This document shows positions 40,929 to 52,491 of a stretch of DNA of 64,000 nt, piece after piece. Made by a program: the position numbers and the translations under genes. Below the pieces are notes generated by a model, which had not been told where the DNA came from, ran no database searches, and saw nothing but the letters and a program-made list of their open reading frames with translations. The stretch is from positions 666,774 to 730,773 of the forward strand of contig CAVNZM010000001.1 of NCBI GenBank assembly GCA_963693365.1, written 5' to 3'. The first letter of the stretch is position 1, and every line of letters starts with the position of its first letter. The stretch is from Amoebidium appalachense. Taxonomy: Eukaryota > Protista > Ichthyosporea.

Positions 40929-43138
40929 CCACATAGTTGCCAGTGAGGATGATGTCACCGTTGGGGAAGGTCTTGATGTATACACATGGATCTGAACGGA
41001 GACGTTCGAGACCGTGAGCAAGGAGGACCTTGTCGAAGTACTCATACCAGGCCAGTGATGCTTGCTTGAGGCCGTAGAGTGCCTTCTTAAGTTTCCAGAC
41101 CTTGACAATGTGCTCGTTGCCGGGGGTGATGAAGCCAGGTGGTGGCTCAATGTAGATGTCTTCTTGAAGAGGACTGTTGAGGAAGGCTGTGGAGACGTCG
41201 AGTTGATGAATCTCATGGTTGCCGTCCACACCGATGGCAAGGAGGGCACGGACGGAGGAGGACATCACTACGGGGGAAGAGGTGTCACCGTAGTCAACAC
41301 CGTAGACTTGAGTGAAGCCCTTTGCAACACCACGAGCCTTGATCTTGGTGTCACCGGCTGAGTTGAGGACTTTCTCAGTCACAATCCACTTGAACTTGAT
41401 GATGTTGGCATCAGGGGGGGGATCAACGATGGTGAAGACATCCTTGGTGATGAAGGCTTGGTACTCGGAGGTTAGGGCAGCTATGACGGCATCACCGTTG
41501 GGACCGTTGCAAAGCTTTTGAATGCCCTTGGGGAGTTGGTCAATGTGGATGGTCGGTGCTGTGATGCTGACCAGTGCCGTTGGAGGCTTGGTGAGAAGTG
41601 TAGACCGACGAAGGTTGGGCTTGGGGGGGGTCCTTGAGGGGGGTGGTGGCCGGGGAGGTGGTGGAGGCCGGGACAGGGGCATGGAAGCCAGGAATAGGAC
41701 CGGTGGTGAGGGGGGCATCGGTGTCCACAGGGCTGCTCGAGGCCGAGTGGAAGGTGGGGGACCCAGGACGAACCGGAGTCATGTAGCCGGGATGATGCAC
41801 AGCAACGGGGGGGCCGGCAGCAAGGGTTGTTGGCCAGTGGGGGGGGGGGCTCGGGGGAGGCACGGGTTCAACCGGGGCTGGTTGGTTGTGCCAGGACGGT
41901 TGGGAGATGACCACAGACGGAGTTTCATCGTCGTCGTCGGAGGGGGGGTCCAATGTCGGCAGATCGGGTTTGGGGGGAACGGAGACCTGATTGGTGCTGC
42001 CCGTGAATTTCGACTCGTCGAAGATCACATCACGGCAGATCTTGATTTGGTTGCTGGCAAGGTCGAGGATCTTGTGTGCCTTGGAGGGTAGGTCCCAACC
42101 GACGTAGGTGCCGACTCTGACGGTTGATGCCAGCTTGTTCCTCTTTGACCGGGGAACATGCACATAGGCAGGGGAGCCGAACACGTGGAGACTTCGGGTT
42201 TGAAGCCGTGGAAGGCCTCGAAGGGAGTGTTGCCGTTGGCAGCAGATGACGGTGTGACGTTGATGATGTAGCCAGCATGTTTGAGAGCAGCAACCCACAA
42301 CTTGGGAGAGAGAGGTTGGTCCTTGTCGGAATGGAGGAAGCAACGGACTGTCTCTTGCAGTTCTCTCATCTTCCGTTCAACAACACCGTTGTGCTGTGGT
42401 GTGTCGACGGGGGCAAACTCCATGATGATGCCTTTCTGCTTGCAGTAGGCCTCGGTGTCTCTGGAGGTGAACTCAGAGCCGGAGTCAAACCGAAGATGGG
42501 TGACGATCTCAGGTGTCTGACGTTCGATGGTTTCAACGAGAGACTGAATGTAGCTGAGGGTTTCACCACGGTTGTAGAGGGGGAACACGGTGGTGTAACC
42601 GGTGGCATCACAAACACACACCAGAGCAACCTTGTAGCCTCCGTAGGAAGCACAGGGAGCTTCGAAGAAGTCCAGATGCCACTTAGCACCGGGAATGGTG
42701 AACTTGGAACGGGTGCCGGGAAAAGGAGCCTTGGTGGTCTTGCCAGACATGCAGCCGAAGCAGTCACTGTTGTCAGGTGAGGGGGCATGCCGATGACAAG
42801 CTCATCCTTGGCCATCCTGGTGACGGTGGAGAGGGCACGGTGGCCGAGACGGTTGTGCCAAATGGTGAGGTCGGCGGTTGGTTGAGTCCTTGCTGTGTAG
42901 GCTTGGACCCACGGGTGTTTAGGAGTCTCAATCACATAGTCAGTGATGTAGTAGAGACCGTCGAGGGGGGTGAGATCTGAAATGATGTCACCAATGATTA
43001 CGGCTGTAGAGGAACGACGGGTGGTTGTCTGTACCATCACAATGACCCAGGAGGCCGGCAGTTGAAGCCATGGAGGTAGACACGAGGAAAGACGGTGACT
43101 CGGGTACATAGTAAGCATTGATGCTGCACGGGGTTGGG

Positions 43139-43873
43139 TGTTATTTTGTGTGGGAAAACGGAGAAGCAGAGAGCACAGATAGGTGTTATGATATACACAA
43201 CACAGAGACACACGGGAAAAACACAACCGGAGAGGAGGAACGATTTCTGGAAGCATAGGAAATGAATACGACTGCTTTCGATTTATTCCAAGATGAAGTC
43301 CTTTTTATACTTGGGAATGTGAAAACGATAAACCAATCAAAAGAACGAAAACTCTATTTTCCAATCAGAAAGACGAAAACTATGAGTGTAAAATATATTG
43401 ATTAAAATGTCTGTCGACACATAGAATATAAAACTCAATCCTCTAATGAAAGAAACTTCTAATAAAAGCACGGAAACATTTAACAAAATGAAACCACTTA
43501 TGTAACTATTAATTCATAACATACATTTATACATGTTCTTATCATAACACATATATTTAATTATTCCTAATAGTTGGAGAACATAGCACAATGCTACGTC
43601 GTGGGAAAGGAATGAGAAAGGAATGTAAGTTACTATATTTGGGAAAATACAAACGAGATATGATTGGATGACATATATAGATTTTGACACAAACGACAAT
43701 ACGTGTGCGCGAGCTAAGTATGTCGATACGTACACAGATCTAAGATGTCGTGTACACGGAAACAGAAAAGAAAGAAAGAAATGAAGAAAGGAAAAGGAAA
43801 CAAACTACAACAACTAATAAATAAATACAAAACTCAACTTCTAAGTCTTGCTGAGAATGAAGTGAAGATGACA
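43139..43873 (-). mobile_element. Solo LTR, Copia-B (735 bp), TSD TTGGG, inside its own family's protease region
   Basis: TGTCATCTTCAC...CAAAATAACA on the - strand; TTGGG at 43134-43138 and 43874-43878. Confidence 0.93.
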
Positions 43874-44785
43874 TTGGGTGGCCGTTGTAGTGCAGTGTCA
43901 TGTTGATGATGCCACGGTGTGTGGCATTGACGGTGCCGAGGCCGTGAATGGGGGTGGGAGGACACGGGGTAAGGGAGGAGAAATACTCCTTGATGGGGCA
44001 GATGTGTGCATTACAAGCATTGTCCCAGAAGGGGTCGTCACGGTCGGGTGTGCCGGTGGAGGAGATGAGTGCAAATTGCACACTCTTGTTGCCTTTCTCC
44101 TGCTTGGCACGAAGAGCAACACACAGCCAGGCTCCGAGCATGCTGTGATGTGATGGGGCTCATGGCAGTAGGAACACTCCACCTTCTTGGTGTTGTGCTG
44201 TCGGTTACGGTTATCCCTGTTACCACGGTGGTAAGGGGAAGTTGAACGGGGGCCGGGTGACTTGGAGGAAGGACGAGGATCACGGGAACGGGACGGGGAA
44301 CGGTGAGGTGTATGCTCACGTCGAGGAATACGGTTGCGGAGGTCACCGGGGGGAAGCACTCTGCTCTGGAGTGCACGGAGGGGACGGTTGTTGACGGTTG
44401 CACCAGTACCTGCGTCGATGAGGCCGGCACGGATTTCAGCTCCTCGGATGTCACTGATGAGCTGGTTGAAGGACGGGTAGGCCTTGTTGTTCATCCAGTA
44501 GTCGGAGCAGAGACGTTCAATGTCGGAGCAGACCAGGGCCGTGTTCTTCCGGAGGTGAAGGAAGAACTTACGTACGACATCCTTGTGCTGGACGGGCTCG
44601 TCGAAGAAGGCAAGTGTCGTAGCCAGACGTTGGAGACGGGTGAGGTATGCTATGACGTTGGGGTAGTCTCGTAGTTCAAGCTCCTCGAAGGTGACTTGAA
44701 TCTGGGTGACCCGGGCCTCCTTCTCTGCTACATACGCCATACGTAGGTTGTGGAAGACTTCTCCACCGTGGACACCGTCTTGCAT

Positions 44786-45702
44786 TGTTGTAATACGTAG
44801 TATCTACATATGGTAAGATCTTCTCAGTTTGTGTTATGTTTCAGTTCATATGCTTAGTGTATATGCCACACTCCTATTATGTAAAGTGTAGCATCGATCT
44901 CCGATATGCTTGTATACTTGTAATCGTGTTGTATCGGCTCTAATCGTGTATTGTAATATCGATTAGAATATTTATATGTGTGTACACGGATCCACCCACT
45001 CAGGGAGAGACGTGTACATGTTCGTGTGTACATAAATATCTCTGGTTATAGTTATGCTATTACTATCTTGTTTGTTGATCTGTGCTCTCTTTTCCTCCCT
45101 CTTTCTCCTTCCTTGTTTTCTTTTCTTTCTCTCCTTGTCTTCATGTGTATAATCGTATTTATTTTCTACTAATATATGTTAGGTAGATTTGTGTTACTTA
45201 ATACGTGTTCATTGGACGGTAACACACTTAGGCTACACTTAGAATAGCATGTGTGTTTAGACTTCATTAATTCACTTTAGTTTTCATGTGTTGCCGGGCT
45301 TTAACCAATCATCAAGGTTAAGTGTGATATGTCTGAGTCTTTGCAGTATGTCATAGGTTAGAACTTCCTTGATGATGACACGAGTTGATCTTAACTAGTG
45401 TCTGTGTCCTAACGTGTACGTCTCCGCGTACCGGATCTCTCTGAAAGCAATTGGTTCTTAGTGATTGGTTTCTATTAGAGATAGATCTGATTTCCGACTG
45501 TTCGGAAATCATGTATGGATTGGACTTAGAGGAATTTCAGGTATTTATTCGAAGATCAGAATAAATTCAGTTCAGTCGTGTCTAAACATTGATGTCTGTT
45601 GTGTACACTGCTCCGGTCGTTTCGTGCTTTGTCGTTGTGTGTGTCTGTGGTGTTTTCACACTGCACCACTGTGTCTCTGCTTTCATCCCAAATACTTATA
45701 TA
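44786..45702 (+). mobile_element. Copia-A LTR lacking its last 8 bp, flanked by a 114-bp target duplication
   Basis: 44672-44785 is repeated at 45701-45814. Confidence 0.93.
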
Positions 45703-46348
45703 GTTCAAGCTCCTCGAAGGTGACTTGAATCTGGGTGACCCGGGCCTCCTTCTCTGCTACATACGCCATACGTAGGTTGTGGAAGACTTCTCCACCGTGG
45801 ACACCGTCTTGCATCCGGCCGGAGTCGTAGAGCTCGGTCGGATGGACGGACTGGTTGAGGATCTGGTCGAGGACGTCGAAAGCTTTCTTGTAGGAGTCCT
45901 TGGTGACGTAGCCTAGCCACTGGTTGGCGTCGGTGCCGTCAACCCACTGTGGCCTCTTGATAGCGTCAACGAATTTCTCGGCAATGGTTGTTCTAATGAA
46001 CCGGTGAATGAGTGGCTCCCACTCGAAATAATTAAGACGTTTCTCGTCTCTTTTCTCGGACGGATTCCATATTGGAAGGTTGATATACGACGGTTTGTCA
46101 GTCATAATTGAACAGTAAGACTGAGGAATTTCGCGGTTGTAACGAGATTGTGTGTTAGCGTGCAAAGGGGCCGTAAACCTGTTGTTTTGTGTGGGTAAAC
46201 GGAGAAGCAGAGAGCACAGATGGGTGTTATGATATACACAACACAGAGACACACGGGAAAACACAACCGGAGAGGTGGAACGATTTCTGGAACCATAGGA
46301 AATGAATACGACTGCTTGAGATTTATTCCAAGATGAAGTCCCTTTTAT

Positions 46349-46675
46349 GGTTTTATTTGTGGAAATTATTGACATAAATATTTTTCTGGGTAAACACGTA
46401 GGATGGGTGTCCGATATCAACAGGCTTCGTTTCATGTTTTAGCAGTTCGCGTTCGGCTGCCCGCATACGGGCACCAGGCTATTAGCCGATCAAAACGTCA
46501 GATTCCACAGATCACTAGACCGAGTTTGATTGGCTCAGGATAAGATTTCACATAACACTAGATCGGTTTTGATTGGCTCAGTTCGGTAGCCTTAGGTATA
46601 TAAGCACGACAGTTTTTAGCAGATCAGCAAGCAACAACACATCTTCTGTGTTTAGCACCTACAGCTTTACAGCTA
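46349..46675 (+). promoter_or_regulatory. Ngaro 'A' terminal repeat with CCAAT (ATTGG) boxes and a TATA box
   Basis: Matches 52581-52915 and 56584-56238; TGATTGGCTCAG twice, then GGTATATAAG at ~46594. Confidence 0.8.
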
Positions 46676-49600
46676 CACCACTGTGTCTCTGCTTTCATCC
46701 CAAATACTTATATAATTTAACAGGTTATGCAGCCCTTTTGCACGCTCCCTACACACATCTAGAACTAGCGATCGTTTTTCAATCATGGATCCAAACAAAA
46801 CTGGCGTAAGCAAAAATAACCATGTGGAAAGGTGAAGGGAAGACTGGTCCCGATAGCAAAACCACCTATTTTCAATGGGAAATCATTTTTCTTGGCATGA
46901 TGACCGGCACTAAAGGTGTCCGGCTCGTGGATGTTGGCCTTGCTGACAACTACGTCCCCCCTACCACCGTCGCGGTTGACGGTGAACCCCCCTTCTACGG
47001 CTACGGCACTACCGCGGAACTCAAGGAGGCCCGCAATTGCCTCCTGCTCCATATGATTCAGAACATCGACCCTTCCGTCCTCACCACCGTTGCCCAGTAC
47101 CGTATTGGTATGGACGCTGAACGGGCCATGTGGAAATTCCGTCAACACTACCTCCAAGGCAAACCCGATCAGATCCGCATCATTCACCGTCAGTGGGATG
47201 CCTGTGCCCTTCAGCCCGGTGAATCATTCACCACCTACCTGAGTCGTCTGCAGATCATCGTGAACCAGCTCCAGTCCCTCCAAGATGAGTCAATTCACTT
47301 CACTCGTCTAGCTGAGAAGTTCTTCAATGAACTCACCACCAGAGACGACCTCACCCCTGAGTTCAACCGTCTTATCGAAGACTATCACTTCGGTGATAAG
47401 ATATTCCCCGACTTCGAGTCCCTCCACAACCACGTCAAGGGCATCGAGTTACGTCAAGACCTCAAGATGCAACTCCGGAGCAACCGTGCCCACCGTGCCT
47501 CCAAGTCCAGCATGGCATTAAATGCCAGTGCTCCCCCCCGTGATCTTCCTCGCCGTGACTTACGCAACCGACTTGACCGTACCCCTGGCACGGACCTCCG
47601 ACCTGCCTTCCGGTCCACGTCTCGTTCCCCCAGTCGTTCCCGTTTCTCGGGTTCCCGTCGTTCTGATTCCCCGGCTCGTTCTAACAACCCGTCCGTGAAA
47701 GCATGCTCCTACTGCCACGAGCCTGATCACACGATCATCGATTGCCCCGAGCCGAAATGCCGTATGTCCAGACACAACCGTTCCCGTCAAGGCAGTGAGA
47801 AATCTGTCTCCTTTGCTTTCTCGGCATACAATGCTAGCTCCGTCCCCGTGTCCTCCGACCCTGCCTGGGATTCTGGGTGCAACATGACTGTCTGCCCCAC
47901 CCGTGAGTTCTTCCATGACCTCACTCCCCTTCCGACACCGACTCCCGTTGCTGCCTTCAATGGCACCCCCGTCTTGGCCACCCACACCGGCCATATCGTC
48001 ATCAACACCACCACCGACCATGGCACAGCCACCCTTACCATTGAAGCCTACTACACCCCGTCTGGCCAAGCCTTCCTCATTTCAACATCCCAAGCTGCTG
48101 CCGAATACATCAAGGGTGATTTGAATGATGCCTCCACTCCGTCATTCCTCTTCGACCGACTCACCGGCCGTCATCTCGTCAACCTCCGTCTACACAACGG
48201 TCTGTATTACTTCAAGGACTACACCATTCAACCACCCACTCGTCCTGTGGCTCTGGCTGCCACCACCAGTGTTAACCCATCCATCTGGCACCATCGTCTG
48301 GGGCACCGTGCTATGACCAGCATCAAGGACATGGTGCAACACGACCTTCTTATTGGTCTCCCCTCGTCTGTCCTCGACTGTGATGTTCCTGATTGTCATG
48401 GCTGCATTATGGGTAAAACCACCAAGGCTCCGTTCAAGGGTGACCGTCCTCACTCCAACATCCCCGGTCATGAATGGCATTGGGATTTTTTTGAGCCTAC
48501 CACAACATCGTACGGAGGTTCCAAGGTTGCTCTCGTCACTGTCTGCCGTGCCTCTGGACTCGTCAAGATCTACCCGATGGCCGACCGTACAAACACCCTG
48601 GACATTCTCACAGCTCACACCAACCTCGTTGCTACCCATGCCCCCTCCAAAGTTGGTGTCTACCACTTCGACTCCGGCTCTGAGTTCACCTCCAAGTCTA
48701 CCCGTGCTTTTTGCCTCTCCCTGGGCATCAAGGCCAGCTATGCTCCGGTGGACTGCCCTCAACTGAACGGCTATGTTGAACGTCGTATGCGGTTCCTCCA
48801 AGAGATTGTTCGTTGCCTCCTCCATCAAGTCCCAGATCAGTCTCTGTCCCCCAAACTGTGGGCTGAGGCCCTCCAACATGCCGCCTACATCATCAACGTC
48901 ACCCCGTCCACGACTGCCAATGGTCGTACACCATTCGAGGTTTTCTACGGTGTCAAGCCCGACATCTCCGAGCTCAAAGTGTTCGGCTGCCCTGCCTACA
49001 CTCATGTGCCAGCCTCTAAACGGAACAAGCTGGCCCCCACCGTCAAACTCGGCATGTATATCGGCTATGATCTTCAATCACACTGCCACCGGATCTTCAA
49101 CCCCACCACTCATCGTGTCGGCCTCTTCCGTGATGTGATTTTCGACGAATCAGCTTATCTCCCGTCCGACATTCCCTCAACACTTCCGACCCCCGACACC
49201 ACTGCTACCTTGACCACTCCACCCCCCCCCCACAGTTGACACTGAAGATGATGTTTGTCTGGTGTACTCTGGCCCCCCTCCTGCCATCGTCGTTCCCCCG
49301 ACACCCCCCCCCCACCGGCCCCCCTGCCCCCGTGCCCGTCCCGCCTGCCGACCCTCATCCTGCCCCTGGCAACGTCACACCCATCCGACCCGGCTCCCCC
49401 GACAACTTCGACTGGACCCCGTCCAGCCCGGAGGTTGCCCCCCCTGCAATTCCGAACTTCCAAGTTCCCCCCCCACCGTCTCCACCTCCCCCGGTTCCTG
49501 CACCCCGTCGTTCTGCCCGTCTACAGGGCAAGGTTGGACTTCAAGCCACCACCACCCTGCCAGTCCCCCCCGGTCCCCCCATCAACATCGACCAACTACC

Positions 49601-50112
49601 CAAACTTGTCCGTCAACTGTGTTCCGGACCCAATGGTGACCAGGTCAAGTCAGCCCTCACTGCTGAGTATCAAGCCTTCGTCGACAAAGACATCTTTGAA
49701 CTTGTTGACCCTCCCCCTGGTGCTAACATCGTCGGCTTCAAGTGGATTGTCTCCGAGAAAACTCTCAACTCGGCTGGTGACACCAAGATCAAGGCCCGTG
49801 GTGTTGCTCAAGGCTTTAGTCAGCAATACGGTGTTGACTATGAGTTGATTGAGAGCCCTGTCATCCGTCCGGCTGCTCTCCGTGCTATCCTAGCTCTGGC
49901 CGTTGTTGAAGGTCATGACATCCATCAACTCGACGTGTCTATGGCCTTTCTCAACAGCCCACTCTCCGAGACCATCTACATGAAACAACCCCCGGGATTC
50001 ATCACCATGGCCACACTTGGCAAGGTCTGGAGACTCAAGAAAGCCCTGTATGGCCTCAAGCAAGCCTCCAAGGCTTGGTACGACTTCCTCGACGGCATTC
50101 TTCTTGCCCATG
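46676..50112 (+). mobile_element. Copia-A segment: last 47 bp of LTR, PBS, gag-PR-IN and N-terminal RT
   Basis: ...TTTAACA|GGTTATGCAGCCC; Copia domain order; ends at LLAH where Ngaro RT sequence begins. Confidence 0.93.
46822..49239 (+). CDS. gag-pol: Copia-A Gag-protease-integrase ORF (805 aa; true start probably 46785 with a frameshift)
   Basis: CSYCHEPDHTIIDC knuckle, WDSGCN protease, WHHRLGH..CHGC, WDFF, FDSGSEF, NGYVERR. Confidence 0.9.
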   Translation: MWKGEGKTGPDSKTTYFQWEIIFLGMMTGTKGVRLVDVGLADNYVPPTTVAVDGEPPFYGYGTTAELKEARNCLLLHMIQNIDPSVLTTVAQYRIGMDAERAMWKFRQHYLQGKPDQIRIIHRQWDACALQPGESFTTYLSRLQIIVNQLQSLQDESIHFTRLAEKFFNELTTRDDLTPEFNRLIEDYHFGDKIFPDFESLHNHVKGIELRQDLKMQLRSNRAHRASKSSMALNASAPPRDLPRRDLRNRLDRTPGTDLRPAFRSTSRSPSRSRFSGSRRSDSPARSNNPSVKACSYCHEPDHTIIDCPEPKCRMSRHNRSRQGSEKSVSFAFSAYNASSVPVSSDPAWDSGCNMTVCPTREFFHDLTPLPTPTPVAAFNGTPVLATHTGHIVINTTTDHGTATLTIEAYYTPSGQAFLISTSQAAAEYIKGDLNDASTPSFLFDRLTGRHLVNLRLHNGLYYFKDYTIQPPTRPVALAATTSVNPSIWHHRLGHRAMTSIKDMVQHDLLIGLPSSVLDCDVPDCHGCIMGKTTKAPFKGDRPHSNIPGHEWHWDFFEPTTTSYGGSKVALVTVCRASGLVKIYPMADRTNTLDILTAHTNLVATHAPSKVGVYHFDSGSEFTSKSTRAFCLSLGIKASYAPVDCPQLNGYVERRMRFLQEIVRCLLHQVPDQSLSPKLWAEALQHAAYIINVTPSTTANGRTPFEVFYGVKPDISELKVFGCPAYTHVPASKRNKLAPTVKLGMYIGYDLQSHCHRIFNPTTHRVGLFRDVIFDESAYLPSDIPSTLPTPDTTATLTTPPPPHS

Positions 50113-51382
50113 TGGCGCCGTTACCAAGAAAGGGAACCCCCCCAAGTACCGTCGAATCCACCACCTCTCCTGGCCCCGGGGTAGCAGTGTCAATGACAGC
50201 ATCACCTACCCCGACGAACTTCAGTACATTCGCGCCCGGGACGTCACCCAGCTCATTCTCGACGCAGGCCCCGGCTGCTACATGGCCGTGGCAGATGTGC
50301 AGGCTGCCTTCCGGCACATGCCCATCCGACCAGAATCCATCACTTAATGGCATTCAAATGGCTGGGGCATTTTTACGTTGAAACCAGACTGCCCTTCGGC
50401 CTGAAATCTAGCCCAGCCATCTGGGAACGGATCGCGGCCACCCTACAGTGGCTGGCACACCAGCACGGTATTACCCTCATCCGCCACTACGTAGACGACT
50501 GGATTATAGTCGCCCCCACACAAGAGCAGTGCCAACGTCACCTATCCACCTTCCTGCAACTCTGCCGAGAGCTGCACATTGCCATCTCCGAAGACAAGAT
50601 GCAGGGCCCGGCTACCCGTGTCATCTTCATCGGTATCGAATTCGACTCCATCGCCATGGAGGCACGAATCCCGGCTTCCAAGCTCTCGGACCTACTCGAC
50701 CTCACTTCCCACCCAAAGCCCACCATCACCATTCGGGACCTCCAGTCCCTCCTGGGCAAACTCACCTGGTGTGCCCAGCTGGTTCCCCCCGGGAGGGCCT
50801 TCTCCCAGTGCCTATGGGCCCTTCTCCGGACCCACCCACACCTTGCCGGCCACCACCACATACGACTGACTGCTGCCCCTCATCACACCCCCCACATACA
50901 CTACCCTGGCCACCGATGCTGCCGGATCGGTGGGTCTAGGAGGCCACTGGCTCGACCAATGGTTCTTCATGCCCTGGTCCCCCTCCACCCAAGCCCTCTA
51001 TGCTCATGAGGGTAAACTCGGTTCTTCCGTCATCGAACTCCTGGCCATCGCAGCCGCCGTGGCCCTCTGGGCCCCCTCCTGGTCCACCCACCATGTCCGT
51101 ATTTTATGCGACAACACGGGTGCTGTGTCTGACCTGCACTCCCGGTCTTCCCCCCACCCCGTGATGGCCAAACTTATTCGGTTCATCACCCGCATGGAAA
51201 TGCAATACCAATTTACATTACAGGCATCCTACCTACCAGAACCCCTCAACCATCTGGCCGATGCCCAACTTAACCCTCGTAACCAACTTCCCCGGGCCCG
51301 ACGACTCCGACCTTCCCTGCAACCGGAGCCCTGCCCCTTCCCCTCCTGGGTCCACGAGTTCCTATCCCTTCCCTTGGGCTAA
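50107..51382 (+). pseudogene. Ngaro/DIRS-type RT-RNase H, 5'-truncated and frameshifted
   Basis: GAVTKK..RRIHHLSWPRGSSVNDSI, ADVQAAFR, LPFGLKSSP, YVDDW, TDAAG, IELLAI, CDN, ADA. Confidence 0.9.
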
Positions 51383-52463
51383 CCCCCCCCCCCCCCCCCC
51401 AGATCTCCCGTTCCGGAGCAACGCTGGCAGATTGGCCCCCCACTTTGCTCCGGCCGAGCTGCTTCGAGCCACCACTACCCTGCAGGAATGCCAGGCCCTG
51501 AGTCTCAACCTCGACTCTCGGGCCTTTTACTCCCGGGTGCAAAAAGTGTTCATCGATTTCTGTGTGGTATCTCGGCTGCAATCCCCCTCCGGGTCCTCCC
51601 TCCCGGCCTCCCCACACACCGTGCAACTTTTTCTCGCCTGGTGTGCCCAACGAGGGGTACAGGCCTCTTCCTTAACCGGCTACAATTCGGCCATCACCAG
51701 GCTCCACCTCGACATGGGCCTCCCTGCTCCCTACCCCCACGACAAGTCTCTGGCCTGGTTCCTACGGGGGGTGGGCAGATGGCAGCTTTCTCACAACATC
51801 CGACCCCGCTCATCCACCAGGGAACCCCTCCTGCCCTCCCACCTCAGCCTACTCCATGGCCAGTGCCCCACCAAGGCCTCCTCGGCCAATCTCCGGCTAT
51901 GGACGGCAGTCATCGTCGGTTTCTGTGGTCTCCTCCGTTCAGGGGAATTTACCTCCAAGACCCTGACTTCTTTCGACCCGTCCCGTCACGTTAAACGGAA
52001 GGACGTGACCTTCACCTACACCCCCACCGGTACTTTGTCCCATGCCACCCTCCACCTGCCAACCTCTAAGACGGATGTACAGGCCCGAGGTGTCAACGTC
52101 ACTCTAGCTGCCCTGCCCCTCACCCACTTCTCCCCAGCCCATCTCCTCCGGCAGTTCCTGGATACAACGTCCGGTCAACCCGACGACCCCCTCTTCAGTC
52201 TCGGTGGCATCCCCTACACCAAGAGTGCTTTCTCTGCCGACTTCCGTGCCCTCCTCTCCCGGGCAGGCCTCTCACCCTCCCGGTTTGCCGGACACAGCCT
52301 CCGCATCGGGGGGGCCACAGCACTGGCTGAGGCCGGGGTCGACGACTCCCGGATCACACAACTCGGCAGGTGGTCCTCCGACTGTTTCCTGATCTATACC
52401 CGACTTCGTCCGGCCTCCATTGCTGCCACTACCACACGTGTATTCGTCTCTATTCTTAAGTGA
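51261..52463 (+). CDS. Tyrosine recombinase of an Ngaro-type retrotransposon (start uncertain)
   Basis: GLLRSGEF (R), SKTD, GHSLRIGGAT (HxxR), LGRWSS..IY (Y); ORF overlaps the RNase H end. Confidence 0.93.
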   Translation: MPNLTLVTNFPGPDDSDLPCNRSPAPSPPGSTSSYPFPWANPPPPPPDLPFRSNAGRLAPHFAPAELLRATTTLQECQALSLNLDSRAFYSRVQKVFIDFCVVSRLQSPSGSSLPASPHTVQLFLAWCAQRGVQASSLTGYNSAITRLHLDMGLPAPYPHDKSLAWFLRGVGRWQLSHNIRPRSSTREPLLPSHLSLLHGQCPTKASSANLRLWTAVIVGFCGLLRSGEFTSKTLTSFDPSRHVKRKDVTFTYTPTGTLSHATLHLPTSKTDVQARGVNVTLAALPLTHFSPAHLLRQFLDTTSGQPDDPLFSLGGIPYTKSAFSADFRALLSRAGLSPSRFAGHSLRIGGATALAEAGVDDSRITQLGRWSSDCFLIYTRLRPASIAATTTRVFVSILK

Positions 52464-52491
52464 AACCTTTGGAGCAAGCATACTGCTCTCG

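Larger units (their letters stand above)
40929..46348 (-). mobile_element. Copia family B element (partial 5' LTR 46348-46180, PBS, gag-PR-IN-RT), with two LTR insertions and truncated in RT
   Basis: gag ATG at 46105; CSYCHEPHHITAC; FWDNACNAHIC; WHNRLGH; FDSGSEF; KARGVAKGFTQ; KALYGLKQA; ends at GNYV| just before the catalytic DD. Confidence 0.92.

Noticed and set aside
47454-49077. Long antisense ORFs over Copia pol (also 60055-61686)
   Set aside because: Shadow frames of C-rich codon bias.
49222-49320. Possible programmed frameshift between integrase and RT
   Set aside because: The shifts fall in poly-C runs whose lengths differ among copies; mutation or sequencing error is more likely.
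49236-50381. Functional Copia-RT::Ngaro-RT fusion protein
   Set aside because: The junction is out of frame and Ngaro RT has a further frameshift near 50340.
51261-52463. Phage or integron integrase, or bacterial contamination
   Set aside because: It overlaps RT-RNase H and is followed by B1-A2-B2 repeats, so it is a retrotransposon YR.
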